A stretch of 64,000 bases of DNA from assembly GCA_965205505.1 (NCBI GenBank), contig CBDBHB010000009.1, positions 2,912,001 to 2,976,000 on the forward strand, written 5' to 3'. The position numbers and the translations under genes were made by a program. Under the pieces are notes generated by a model that searched no databases, was not told where the DNA came from, and worked only from the letters and a program-made list of their open reading frames with translations. This DNA is from Acidobacteriota bacterium. Lineage in GTDB: Bacteria > Acidobacteriota > UBA890 > WLXD01. Shown one piece after another: positions 1 to 9,607 of this stretch; the stretch's first letter is position 1, and every line of letters begins with the position of its first letter.

Positions 1-4
1 TGCT

Positions 5-439
5 TCACGACGGTGGGCGCACTGGGGGGCCGAGTGAGTCGAGGTAGCTCTGCAAAATAAGCGCTGCTGCAACACGGTCTACCAGTTGCTTACGACGCTT
101 CGGACGCACGCCTGATTCAACCAAGCGCCGAGTGGCCTCGACCGTCGAAAGCCGCTCGTCCCATAGGATCACTGGCATGCGAAGCAGCTCCTGCAGCTCG
201 GTGGCGACTGCCTCGACCGCAACGGCCTCGGGTCCGTGTGCCCCGCTGAGCCGCTTCGGCAGTCCGATCACCAGCCGCTGGGCGTCCGTGTCGCGCACGA
301 GTGGGCGCAGGCGCTCTGCGAACGCGGCGGCTGGCTCGCCGCCTGGCAGCGTATCGAGGGGCCGCGCAAGCATGCCGGTGGGATCAGAGACCGCCACGCC
401 AATACGGCGTGCGCCCATGTCCAGACACAGGTAAACCAT
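5..439 (-). CDS. ruvX: Holliday junction resolvase-like / pre-16S rRNA nuclease RuvX (YqgF)
   Basis: LDMGARRIGVAVSD, VIGLP, WDERLST and VDRVAAALILQSYL motifs. Confidence 0.95.
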   Translation of the reverse strand: MVYLCLDMGARRIGVAVSDPTGMLARPLDTLPGGEPAAAFAERLRPLVRDTDAQRLVIGLPKRLSGAHGPEAVAVEAVATELQELLRMPVILWDERLSTVEATRRLVESGVRPKRRKQLVDRVAAALILQSYLDSLGPPVRPPS

Positions 440-532
440 CGGGCCAGGGTACCATCGCGCTGCCTTGACATTCGGTCCCGCTTATCGAACCGTCAGTCGC
501 GTCGTTTCGCCCATCGTGTCGCTCCGAGCATC

Positions 533-1177
533 ATGTATCTGACCAAGCGCCAGAAGGAGATTCTCGACTACATCAGCGGCTATCTGAAGGCTGAAGGGTA
601 CGCTCCGACGTTGGAGGAGATTGGCGCCCATTTTGGTCTCTCGTCGCCCGCCACGGTTTACAAGCACGTCCAGCAACTCGTCCAGAAGGGCTACCTCAGC
701 AAGGCGAAGCATCAAGGCCGTGGGATTCAGCTCGTAGACACCAAGCTGGCTCGTGGAGTCGAAGTGCCGTTGCTGGGTCAGATCGCGGGCGGCCATCCTC
801 TCGAGCCAATTCGACCCGCCGAAGTCAACCTGCCTTCGTCCTTCGCCGCTGGGGGGCCGCTGTACGCACTGCGTGTGAAGGGCAACTTGTTGGCCGACGA
901 GCTCCTCCTGGACGGTGACCTCCCGGTGATCGAGGATCGCAGCATCGCCACGGACGGAGACACGGTCGTCCTGGTGCTCGGGGATCAACTTGCCGCCGTC
1001 GGAAGGTTCTTTCAGGAGCCGGGTCATGTGCGGCTCGAACCGAGCCACGGTGCCGGCGAGTCGCTCTATCTGCCGGAATCTCAGGTGCGCGTGCGCGGCG
1101 TCGTCGTGGGATTACTGCGCCACTATCGTTCCTCTTCCGCAGCACAGCGGCCGAGGTACGCCGCTGCGGCCAGATAG
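533..1177 (+). CDS. lexA: LexA-family repressor (wHTH plus S24-like domain) with substituted cleavage and catalytic residues
   Basis: Start reassigned to ATG 533 (MYLTKRQKEILDYI...GYAPTLEEIGAHFGLSSPATVYKH). C-domain LRVKG..DGD..GVVVGLLR. Confidence 0.85.
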   Translation: MYLTKRQKEILDYISGYLKAEGYAPTLEEIGAHFGLSSPATVYKHVQQLVQKGYLSKAKHQGRGIQLVDTKLARGVEVPLLGQIAGGHPLEPIRPAEVNLPSSFAAGGPLYALRVKGNLLADELLLDGDLPVIEDRSIATDGDTVVLVLGDQLAAVGRFFQEPGHVRLEPSHGAGESLYLPESQVRVRGVVVGLLRHYRSSSAAQRPRYAAAAR

Positions 1178-1959
1178 CCGCGTCGGTGCCCTACGTCGTA
1201 GTGGCGCCCGTCGATCCGGTACGCTGCGAGCCCGGCGTTGTCAATCAGATGCTGGAAGGCGGGAACGTCGTCCCACTCGCCTTGGCTCGGCGGACCGGTC
1301 GCCAGCAGCGCATCGTAGAATCGCGCGTCGACGACGTAGCGGGCGCATCCGCGCAGGACCGAACTCTTTCCCTCGGTCGCGAATACCCCCGGGCGCTTGT
1401 CCTGTAGCGCGAGCACTCGGTAGCAATCACCATCCAGCCGCCGCAAGCCAACGCCGCCGACGTTACCGAACAAGGCACTCTCTTCAGTAACGACCTCGGT
1501 CAACCCCAGGCTGCATAAGCCGGTCTGGGCGTAGGCCCGTGCAACCTGGCCGATCGCCGGTGTTGCCGCATCGAACCAGTTGTCCGGGAGCAGCACCGAG
1601 AAGACGTCCTGACCTGTTACCGCACGGCAGCACATGAAAGCGTCGCCGATGCCGAGCGGTTCCGCTTGCTCGATAAAGCGGATCTCGCGGTCGAGCAGAC
1701 CGCGTCCGAGGCACGCCAGGTCGGTCTTCTCGTTGCGTCGCGCCGCCTCGACGGCGACGCCCAGATAATCGCGAACAAGCTGTTGGTCGGGTCCGACGAC
1801 CAGGATGATGCCGGGTATGGCAGCTCGAATCGCTTCGACGAGCGCCCAATGCAAGATCGGCCAGGTGCCCACTGGCAGCAGCGCCTTCGGAACGACCGCG
1901 GCGGCCGGCTGCATGCGCTTGCCGTGTCCGGCCACCGGGATCACCGCCCATTCGATCAT
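1123..1959 (-). CDS. Sugar-phosphate nucleotidyltransferase (GalU-like)
   Basis: AVIPVAGHGKRMQP..PKALLPV, EQAEPLGIGDA, YDVGH motifs. Confidence 0.85.
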   Translation of the reverse strand: MIEWAVIPVAGHGKRMQPAAAVVPKALLPVGTWPILHWALVEAIRAAIPGIILVVGPDQQLVRDYLGVAVEAARRNEKTDLACLGRGLLDREIRFIEQAEPLGIGDAFMCCRAVTGQDVFSVLLPDNWFDAATPAIGQVARAYAQTGLCSLGLTEVVTEESALFGNVGGVGLRRLDGDCYRVLALQDKRPGVFATEGKSSVLRGCARYVVDARFYDALLATGPPSQGEWDDVPAFQHLIDNAGLAAYRIDGRHYDVGHRRGYLAAAAYLGRCAAEEER

Positions 1960-3005
1960 GGCGCCATCCGGCTACTCGTCGCGGCCGCGACGCGCCGGAC
2001 GCGCAGCCCGCTCCGGGCGATTCGTACCGGGAGCACCAGGGCGGCGACTGCCTCGGCGGCCGCGGTAACGGTCTGCCGATCCGCTGGATCGCGCAGCAAG
2101 AACAACATGCATCCTCCGGACGCAGCGCCGCAGCCCTTCGCCGCCGCTGCTCCGGCCTCCAAACCGGCTCGCTCTAGACGCCGCAGATCGGGCGGCGCCA
2201 GCGTAGGGTCGATACCCTGACGTGCCTTCCAATCGGCGGTCATGGCGCGTCCGAGGGCGCGCCAGTCACCCTGGCGCAGCGCCTCTCCAGCAGCGACAGC
2301 GGCACGAGCAATGGCCTCGAACCCGTCGCGTGCCGTCGGGTCCCCTTCGATGCGGCGCCGGTAAAGCCTCCAGTTTGACGGTGCCGAAGCATGTGGCTGG
2401 CCGCTGTACACCAGCATCAGGCGCCGCTCTAGCGCCTCAAGGTCCACCGGAAGTCGCTCCATTCGAGTCTCGCCGGGACGGTAGTGGAGCTGTAGCGCCC
2501 CTCCGTAGATGGCCGGGTAGTAGTCCTGCACGCCAGTGGGGAATCCCAGCACCTGGGCCTCAAGATCGCGCGCCAGGCTCGGCATCTCCTGGCGCCGCAG
2601 TGGTCCTCCGGCGGCGCGGCAAGCGAGGCCGTAGAGCGCCACCAGCAGCGCCGATGAGCCGCCTATCCCACCGCCCGGAGGGCCGTCAACGGTGGTCGTT
2701 AGCCGTCCTGCTTGCCGGAGCCCGGTATGCGCCAGGACGCGGAGCACGAGGGCGAACGGGTCGCCGTCCCGGCTCTCGTTGGCGGCATCAGCAAGCGCGG
2801 ATGCCGCGAGCCGGCGCCGCGCTCCGTGATCGCCGGCTCGCAACTCCCAGCGTCGACCGCCCGGCTGGTAGGTGGCTCGCGCGCGCAGGTCGAGTGCCAC
2901 ATTGACCGTCGAGGAATTTTCGTGGAGCAAGTACAGCGGCCATAGGTCGAGCGTCCCTCCTGCAAGATCCGCCCGCAACGGCGCGCTCGCCGCCCAACCG
3001 CTCAC
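1956..3005 (-). CDS. GHMP-family sugar kinase (HddA-like)
   Basis: SAPLRADLAGGTLD, PPGGGIGGSS, TGVQDYY, KGCGAASGG. GTG start at 3005 with a GGGGAG SD. Confidence 0.85.
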   Translation of the reverse strand: MSGWAASAPLRADLAGGTLDLWPLYLLHENSSTVNVALDLRARATYQPGGRRWELRAGDHGARRRLAASALADAANESRDGDPFALVLRVLAHTGLRQAGRLTTTVDGPPGGGIGGSSALLVALYGLACRAAGGPLRRQEMPSLARDLEAQVLGFPTGVQDYYPAIYGGALQLHYRPGETRMERLPVDLEALERRLMLVYSGQPHASAPSNWRLYRRRIEGDPTARDGFEAIARAAVAAGEALRQGDWRALGRAMTADWKARQGIDPTLAPPDLRRLERAGLEAGAAAAKGCGAASGGCMLFLLRDPADRQTVTAAAEAVAALVLPVRIARSGLRVRRVAAATSSRMAP

Positions 3006-3186
3006 GGCCAACTCCCCACTCACAGGCCGGGCTCCGTAACGGGATCTATTGCGGCCGGTATCCGGCGCGGCGTCCGATACTAGCATCGGCGAGGCTCGAT
3101 CAAGTTGGATACGCTCGCTGCACGTTCGATGGATCAAGGGGAGCATGTCCTCGAAGAGCGTACCGCACCTGGTTGGCGGCTCGCTC

Positions 3187-3969
3187 CTACACCATTGGCG
3201 CCAGCGTATACGTATCGCCATCGGTGGCCGCCGCCACCGGCCCGGTGAAGCGTTCGCCCGCCTCGAGCGACAGATCGGTCTCGGTGTGCTCGCCCGACTC
3301 TCCCAGATGGATCAGGCTCAGCTCTCCTACGCGGGCTGCTGCGGCGATCTCACCGGCCTGGCGGGCACTCGAGTGCTGCCCTTCGAACGCCGCGAGATCC
3401 CGGTGCAGGCCGGCACAGTCATGCATGAGGAGATCGACGTCGGAGCTCAGGGCGACTATATGGTCGCTGGGTCCCGTGTCGGAGGCATAGACAAACGCCC
3501 GGCCGTACTGTTCGAAGCGCAACGCGAGCGTGTCGCGGCTGTGGGCCGCCGGCGTCGCAACGACGCGCCCGGCCGGAGAAGCGACGACCTCGATATTCGG
3601 TTGCATCGCCACACTCCTCAGGTCGAGCCGGTGGGCGCAGGCGGTATCGAGCCCGTGAATCTGAAGCATGGCGCGCAGTGTCTCGAGGGTCTGCTCAGGT
3701 GCATGCACGACGAGGGGCGGTCGCTCCGCTGACAAAGCTAGAGCGTGTGCCAGATGGACGAAGCCGTAGACATGGTCGACGTGATTGTGGGTGACCAGCA
3801 GGCGCCGCAGGTCGACGAGGTCGGCGCCCAGACGTGCCAGCTTGTGCACCGCTCCACCCGGGCAGTCCACCAGGGTCCACTCGTCCCCGGCTTCCACCGC
3901 GACGGCAGTGGTGTCACGGCGGCGCCCTGCTGCAGCGTTGCCTGAGCCGAGAACATGAACCCGCAACAC
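3187..3969 (-). CDS. Metallo-beta-lactamase fold hydrolase, RNase Z/BN-like
   Basis: LGSG, VDCPGG, THNHVDH, SDT, HS and IH metal motifs. Confidence 0.85.
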   Translation of the reverse strand: MLRVHVLGSGNAAAGRRRDTTAVAVEAGDEWTLVDCPGGAVHKLARLGADLVDLRRLLVTHNHVDHVYGFVHLAHALALSAERPPLVVHAPEQTLETLRAMLQIHGLDTACAHRLDLRSVAMQPNIEVVASPAGRVVATPAAHSRDTLALRFEQYGRAFVYASDTGPSDHIVALSSDVDLLMHDCAGLHRDLAAFEGQHSSARQAGEIAAAARVGELSLIHLGESGEHTETDLSLEAGERFTGPVAAATDGDTYTLAPMV

Positions 3970-3990
3970 GTTAGCCCATCAGCTCGAGGC

Positions 3991-5133
3991 TCAGAGGGTA
4001 ACGTCGGGTTCCAGCACCAGAGAGCGCGCCTCGTCCAACAAGCGAAGCTGCACCGCGACCAGGTCGCCTCCGAGCTCCTCCGCCAGCGCACGCTGGTACG
4101 TCGCCCCGTTCTGGGATTCGATGATCTCCGACAGCATGCGGAGGTGCGATTCGGTGCCGAGCGACGCGCTCGCCTCGCCAGCGTCAGCCACCATGAGCCG
4201 GGCCATCTCCTGCATCGACATGATCTCATGCGTCTCCGCATCGATGACTGTAGCGTCGAGGCCGAAACGCATGCCCTTGAACCGCCCGTCGTCGAGAAAC
4301 TCCTGATCCTGGGGCGGCTCGGCCTCTCCGGCCCGATGGCGCTCGCCGTATTCCACCACTAGCGCCTGACAAAGGGCCGCGATCGCAGCGGTGCGACGCA
4401 ACGACATCTGCACGTCGCAGGCACGAATCTCTACGGTCCCAAATGTCGGATGAGCGCGCACGTTCCACCAAACGTGGCGTGGGTTTTGGATGCTGTCGGC
4501 TGCCTCAAGCCCTCTCATGACCTGTTCGTAGTGCGCCCAGTTCCGCAGGCGTGGGGGAACGCCCGAGCGCGGGAAGCTGCCGAAGGCAACCGAGCGCGCG
4601 GAATCCCAGCCGGTATCGACACCGTCGAGGAACGGCGAGTTGGCGGCGATTGCGATCAGCGGACCAATCCACCGCCGCAGCCGATTGGCGACGTAGATGG
4701 CACGCTCCGCATCGTCGACGCCGACGTGGACGTGGAGTCCAAACGAGAGGTTGCGCCCCGCGACATAACGCAATTGGTTACGCACCCAACGGTATGCCTC
4801 GGTAGCGACGAATTCAGTCTTGCGTGGATCGGCATACGGATGTGCCCCGGTGATGCCGAGGGTGCAACCTTCCGCTTCCGCATACGAGAGCACGCGCTGG
4901 CGCTTTGCTGCCAGGTCAGCGGTCGCCTCGTCGACCGTCTCGGCGATGTCTGTGACGGCTTCGATCAGTCCCTGAATGAGGTCATGGGCCAAAAAACGCG
5001 CCGTGTCCTCATCGGCATGTGCCATCAGCTCGTTGACTCGCGGTACTAGATCCCCCGTACTCGGGTCGCAAATCTGGTACTCCTCTTCGACGCCGATGGT
5101 CGGACGCGGGCTTGCGTTGTAGCGGTATTTCAT
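3991..5133 (-). CDS. Carboxylate-amine ligase, YbdK/GCS2 family
   Basis: TIGVEEEYQ, FGLHVHVG, ANSPF, WWNVR.HP..GTVEIR motifs. Confidence 0.9.
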   Translation of the reverse strand: MKYRYNASPRPTIGVEEEYQICDPSTGDLVPRVNELMAHADEDTARFLAHDLIQGLIEAVTDIAETVDEATADLAAKRQRVLSYAEAEGCTLGITGAHPYADPRKTEFVATEAYRWVRNQLRYVAGRNLSFGLHVHVGVDDAERAIYVANRLRRWIGPLIAIAANSPFLDGVDTGWDSARSVAFGSFPRSGVPPRLRNWAHYEQVMRGLEAADSIQNPRHVWWNVRAHPTFGTVEIRACDVQMSLRRTAAIAALCQALVVEYGERHRAGEAEPPQDQEFLDDGRFKGMRFGLDATVIDAETHEIMSMQEMARLMVADAGEASASLGTESHLRMLSEIIESQNGATYQRALAEELGGDLVAVQLRLLDEARSLVLEPDVTL

Positions 5134-5158
5134 CGTCTCGTGACCAAAAAGGGCTTAG

Positions 5159-5429
5159 CAGGCGGTGGGGAAAGCGTGGCGGGCCTGGTTACGGCGAGTT
5201 GGGGCCAGATACAAGGCGGCCTAGCACAGGCGATGCCCTAGCCATCGTCGAGGAGGACCAACGCCGCAGATGGCCCCAAATCGCCGTAACCCTCCGGGCG
5301 ATAGGGGGTTGCGCGCGTATGGTGTGTCGTTTGTCGTCAACGATGGGGTAACCATCGCCTCCTCCTTTCTCCTTGCCTCCGCCTCGCAAGACCCCGTCGC
5401 CAGGCCCGCCACACTTCCACCACGGCCTG
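5159..5429. mobile_element. 271-bp MITE-like element, subtype A (CAGGC ends)
   Basis: 30-bp terminal IRs (26/30 match), flanks TTAG/CTAG, internal paired CGATG..CATCG hairpins. Same length and ends as 27002-27272. Confidence 0.8.
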
Positions 5430-5532
5430 CTAGGGAGCGCGAAAGTCTACCATGGGGCTCGAGGTCGGCCGACGTGCTAGAGGGCCCCCAAGCCGCTCAA
5501 TGCCGCAACGCCAGATCGTGCCGAGCGCCTCT

Positions 5533-6495
5533 CTATCGCTTGGCGACGGCTTGGCTGTCAACGGTCTGATGCGTCATCGCGTCGCGGATTCGGAGCGCTG
5601 TTTCCAGGGCTCTTCGACCGGAGGCTCCGTCGACGCGCGGCGCATCCCTTGTTCGCACTGCGCCGAGGAAATCATTCAGTTGGCAAACCAGTGGCTCGGC
5701 TCGGGCCACCTCTACCGGAACGGCCTCGATACTGGGACGGCCCCCGTCGTGGCCGAGCCGGTAGTGCGCCACTTCCTGGGCGGAATAGTCGACCGACAGA
5801 TACCCCGACGAGGCGAAGATTCGGACCTTGCGGACGCGGTTCAGACTCACCCGACTAGCGGTCATGTTTACGACGCAGCCGCCGCTCAACTCGAGGCGCG
5901 CATTGGCGATGTCGATCTCGTCCGACAGCACAGGAACACCGACGGCGCGGATCTCGTCGACATCTCCCTGGACCATGGCGTGGACGATGTCGATGTCGTG
6001 GATCATCAGGTCGACGATTACATCGACTTCGAGGCTTCGCGCCGCGAACGAGCCAAGGCGATGAATCTCCACGAACCCAGGCCGGTCGACACGGCTCAGC
6101 AACGCCTCGACGGCCGGGTTGTAGCGTTCCACATGCCCGATCTGCAGCAGTCTGTCTTCTTCCGCAGCTGCCGCGATGAGTCGGTCGGCCGCGTCGATAC
6201 TGTTAGCGATGGGCTTCTCGATCAATGCATCACAGCCGGCCTGGAGGCAGCGCCGCCCTACTTCCTCGTGAGCCAGCGTCGGCACCGCGACGCTGACAGC
6301 GTCAACGTCATCGAGCAGGGCGTCGAGCTCGTGGAACGCCCTGCATTCCGTGCCTCTCGCCACCTCGATGGCTCGATCCGCGTGGAGATCGTACACGCCC
6401 ACCAGATGTGCGATGTCACTATCGGCATAGACTCGCGCGTGGTGCCGGCCGATGGAGCCTACTCCGACGACGCCCACGCGTACTCGCTCAGGCAT
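5533..6495 (-). CDS. Gfo/Idh/MocA oxidoreductase (GnnA-like by context)
   Basis: GVVGVGSIG, IEKPIA, GHVERYNP, DLMIHDID. Directly follows lpxI. Confidence 0.85.
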   Translation of the reverse strand: MPERVRVGVVGVGSIGRHHARVYADSDIAHLVGVYDLHADRAIEVARGTECRAFHELDALLDDVDAVSVAVPTLAHEEVGRRCLQAGCDALIEKPIANSIDAADRLIAAAAEEDRLLQIGHVERYNPAVEALLSRVDRPGFVEIHRLGSFAARSLEVDVIVDLMIHDIDIVHAMVQGDVDEIRAVGVPVLSDEIDIANARLELSGGCVVNMTASRVSLNRVRKVRIFASSGYLSVDYSAQEVAHYRLGHDGGRPSIEAVPVEVARAEPLVCQLNDFLGAVRTRDAPRVDGASGRRALETALRIRDAMTHQTVDSQAVAKR

Positions 6496-7324
6496 CGTCA
6501 GCTCTAGCGGTCAACGCCATGTCGAACTCCCGCGCCAGCTTTTCGACGCGCGCGCGGTCGAATAGGACCGTCATGTCCGCTTCGATCGCTAGCGCCGAGG
6601 CGCCGACCTCGCGCATGGTCTCCAGCGTGCGCGCACCTACCACTGGCACGTCGAATCGCAGGTCTTGATCAGGCTTGGCCACTTTCACCACCACCGAGCC
6701 GGGGCCGCCGAGATCGCCGCCTCTCCGGACGCAGGCGTCCGTCCCCTCCATTCCCTCCACGGCTACTGCCGCCTTTTCCTTGACCACCACGGTTTGCCCG
6801 ATATCGTGCTCGCCGAGGGCCTTGGCAATCCGCCAGCCGTGTCGGATGTCGGCGTCTTCAGTAGCCGTCAGCTGACGCCCGGCGGTCCACCCCGGGGCGG
6901 GCATCAACGGGCGTAGATAACGCGTCGACTCGACCAGACGAATACCGGCTGACTCCAGCACCTTCGCCACGGCGCCGAGCAGCTGGTCCGTGTGGCCGGA
7001 TGGGAGCTCGGCGAGCATCGCCTGTATTCCGCCGTCATCATCGCGCTCGTACATGCGCTGCTGTTCGACCTTTCCCGCCATGATGGCTTCGGTGATGCCA
7101 TCTCGACGCCAACCCTCGAGCACGCTGAAGAAAGCGGGAAGGTCGCCCCAATTGAGCCACTCGATGCCGTCGACCTGCGCCTCGAGCGCAGGATCGGTGA
7201 TGCCGTGGATGGCAGCGGCAAGCACGCGCCTGCCTTCCTGTCGCGCCTCGCGCGCGACCAACACGGGCATTTGTGTGCTACCGGCGATCAGCGCCAGCGC
7301 CTCACTTGGCGATTCCGAGCTCAC
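6488..7324 (-). CDS. lpxI: UDP-2,3-diacylglucosamine pyrophosphatase LpxI
   Basis: LIAG, DIGQTVVV..AVEGMEGTD, KVAKPDQDLRFDVPVVG. Confidence 0.92.
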   Translation of the reverse strand: MSSESPSEALALIAGSTQMPVLVAREARQEGRRVLAAAIHGITDPALEAQVDGIEWLNWGDLPAFFSVLEGWRRDGITEAIMAGKVEQQRMYERDDDGGIQAMLAELPSGHTDQLLGAVAKVLESAGIRLVESTRYLRPLMPAPGWTAGRQLTATEDADIRHGWRIAKALGEHDIGQTVVVKEKAAVAVEGMEGTDACVRRGGDLGGPGSVVVKVAKPDQDLRFDVPVVGARTLETMREVGASALAIEADMTVLFDRARVEKLAREFDMALTARADDA

Positions 7325-8087
7325 TGCTCTTTACGAATGACACCAGCTGGTCAACCTCGGGACCAGCGGGCCCGCCCGCGGTGATCTTTGCCAGCGCCTG
7401 AGTGGTGTTGAGCTTTTCGCGGAACAAGATGCGGAAGACCCGCTTGAGGTCGCGGCGTACCTCATCGTCGTAGCCGCAGCGCTGCAAGCCTATCGAATTC
7501 AAGCCCAGGATGCGCGCGTGGTTGCCGTGTACCCGGGCGAACGGCACAACGTCCTTGGTAACCCCAGCATACGCCGCCAGATAGGCGTGCGCACCGATAC
7601 GAACATATTGCTGGATACCGCAGAAAGCGTTGAGAATCGCGTAGTCGCCGACCTCGACGTGTCCCGCCAGGGTGGCGGCATTGCCGAAAATAGTGTGATC
7701 GCCGACCTGGCAATCGTGTGCCACGTGCGAGTAAGCCATGAACATGTTGCCCGAACCGATCCGGGTGACGCCTCCGCCGCCTTCGGTACCCCTATTCGCC
7801 GTCACGAACTCGCGAAACGTGTTGTCCTCGCCGGTCTCCAGGAAGGACACCTCGCCATCGAATTTCAGGTCTTGCGGCTCGGATCCGACCGAGGCGTGCG
7901 GGAACACGCGCGTGTGGGCGCCCAGAGCAGTGCGATCGTGCACAACCGCGAACGCACCAATCTCCGATCCGTCGCCGATTCTTGCGGTCGGATGAACGAT
8001 CGCATATGGCCCGAGCTTGACGCCGACGCCGAGCTCCGCTCCCTCGTGTACGACAGCTGTCGGATGGCACTCTACCTGCACGCTCAT
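7302..8087 (-). CDS. lpxA: UDP-GlcNAc acyltransferase LpxA
   Basis: Hexapeptide repeats, EPQDLKF, REFVT.NRGT, HVAHDC. ATG 8087 overlaps the fabZ stop. Confidence 0.95.
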   Translation of the reverse strand: MSVQVECHPTAVVHEGAELGVGVKLGPYAIVHPTARIGDGSEIGAFAVVHDRTALGAHTRVFPHASVGSEPQDLKFDGEVSFLETGEDNTFREFVTANRGTEGGGGVTRIGSGNMFMAYSHVAHDCQVGDHTIFGNAATLAGHVEVGDYAILNAFCGIQQYVRIGAHAYLAAYAGVTKDVVPFARVHGNHARILGLNSIGLQRCGYDDEVRRDLKRVFRILFREKLNTTQALAKITAGGPAGPEVDQLVSFVKSSELGIAK

Positions 8088-8539
8088 CGCGCCACCCCGG
8101 TTCCCGGATCGACCATCAATGACAACAAAATGGCTTCGGCGGCGGTCTCCCCATCGACCGTCGCACGGCCGGCCATCTTGCACGCGCGTGGACGCATCGA
8201 AAGCACCGTGAGCTCCATCCGTAGTTGATCACCGGGAACGACCGGCCGACGGAAGCGCACCTTGTCGACGCCTGCGAGGTAGAAAAACTTGCCGGCAAGA
8301 GCGTCGCCGCCCTCGCGAATCACCATGACAGCCCCGGTCTGGGCCATCGCCTCGACGATCAGCACTCCGGGCATCACCGGGCTGCCCGGGAAGTGGCCGG
8401 GAAAGAACGGTTCGTTCATCGTAACGTTCTTGATCCCGACGACCCGTTCACCCGGGTCCATCTCGACGATGCGGTCGACCAGCAAGAACGGATAACGATG
8501 TGGCAGCGCCGCCATGATGCCTGCGATGTCGACGGTCAA
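8084..8539 (-). CDS. fabZ: 3-hydroxyacyl-ACP dehydratase FabZ
   Basis: [33 protein letters not shown]. Confidence 0.97.
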   Translation of the reverse strand: MTVDIAGIMAALPHRYPFLLVDRIVEMDPGERVVGIKNVTMNEPFFPGHFPGSPVMPGVLIVEAMAQTGAVMVIREGGDALAGKFFYLAGVDKVRFRRPVVPGDQLRMELTVLSMRPRACKMAGRATVDGETAAEAILLSLMVDPGTGVAR

Positions 8540-8542
8540 GCC

Positions 8543-9607
8543 CTACTCCTCGCGGCGGCTCTCGGCCGCCTTCTCCAGTCGCCGAACGCGACGCCGCAAC
8601 TCCGGCAGCTTGGCGAGCGTACCGATGACGCGTCGCCACAAACCAATTTCCATGTGCGGAGAGCCTCCGACGACCGAACCCGGGGGCAGGTCGCCGTGAA
8701 CGCCGCTCCTGGCGGCAAGCATCGAACCGGCTCCGATCACCTGGTGCCCCGAGGTGCCGACGTTGCCACCGACGATGACGCCATCCTCCAGCACCGTGCT
8801 GCCGGAGAGGCCAGTCTGGGCGCTGATCGCACAGTGCCGACCAATGTCGCAATTGTGGCCGATCTGCACCAGGTTGTCGATTTTAGTCCCCGCGCCCACC
8901 CGCGTGGCGCGTAGCGTGCCGCGATCGATGCAGGTGTTGGCGCCGATGTCCACGTCGTGCTCAATTACTACCCCGCCAATCTGCGGGATTTTCATCTGCT
9001 CTGACCCATCGCGCGCGAATCCGAAGCCTTCCGCCCCGATCACCACGCCGGAGTGAAGCACGACGCGGTCGCCGATCCGCGTGCCCTCGTAGACGGTGAC
9101 GTTCGGATAGAGCGTGCAATGCTCGCCCAAGCGTACGCCTCGCCCGACCGTGCAGCCGTGGCCGATCTCGCTGCCGGCGCCGATTGCGGCCGCGGCACCG
9201 ATCTCCACGTGGGCGCCTACGGCCACGTCGGCCGCCAGGTCCGCCTCCGGATCGACCCTGGCGCTAGTGTGGATTCCGCTTGTCGTGGGCTGCAGCGGAT
9301 ACAGCGCGTCGAGAACGAGCGCGACGGCGCAATACGGATCTTCGACCCGTATCAGGTTGATTTCCTTACCCGGCGCGTGCTGCGCGACCTCCAATTCCCG
9401 CGGTACGAGCACCGCGGCGGCAAAGGTGGTCGCCAGCGCCCTGGCTCGCTTGCTATCGGTCACGAATACGATGTCGCGTTCGGTCGCCAGCCCGATCTCT
9501 GCCACGCCGTCGACGATACGTTCGGGATCGCCTTCCAAGCTGCCGTCGACGAGGTCTGCAAGTGCGGTCAGCCGCAACCCCGCGATGGATCTAGAACGTC
9601 GAGCCAA
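8543..9607 (-). CDS. lpxD: UDP-3-O-acylglucosamine N-acyltransferase LpxD
   Basis: Hexapeptide repeats, GFGF..KIPQIG, IDRG, KIDNLVQIGHN. Exact start uncertain. Confidence 0.95.
   Translation of the reverse strand: MARRSRSIAGLRLTALADLVDGSLEGDPERIVDGVAEIGLATERDIVFVTDSKRARALATTFAAAVLVPRELEVAQHAPGKEINLIRVEDPYCAVALVLDALYPLQPTTSGIHTSARVDPEADLAADVAVGAHVEIGAAAAIGAGSEIGHGCTVGRGVRLGEHCTLYPNVTVYEGTRIGDRVVLHSGVVIGAEGFGFARDGSEQMKIPQIGGVVIEHDVDIGANTCIDRGTLRATRVGAGTKIDNLVQIGHNCDIGRHCAISAQTGLSGSTVLEDGVIVGGNVGTSGHQVIGAGSMLAARSGVHGDLPPGSVVGGSPHMEIGLWRRVIGTLAKLPELRRRVRRLEKAAESRREE

Noticed and set aside
486-499. CGAAC-N4-AGTCG as an SOS box upstream of lexA
   Set aside because: The right half-site has two mismatches to GTTCG and no second copy was noticed, so it is too weak
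236-532. N-terminal extension of LexA
   Set aside because: It overlaps ruvX antisense; the LexA motif starts at 533
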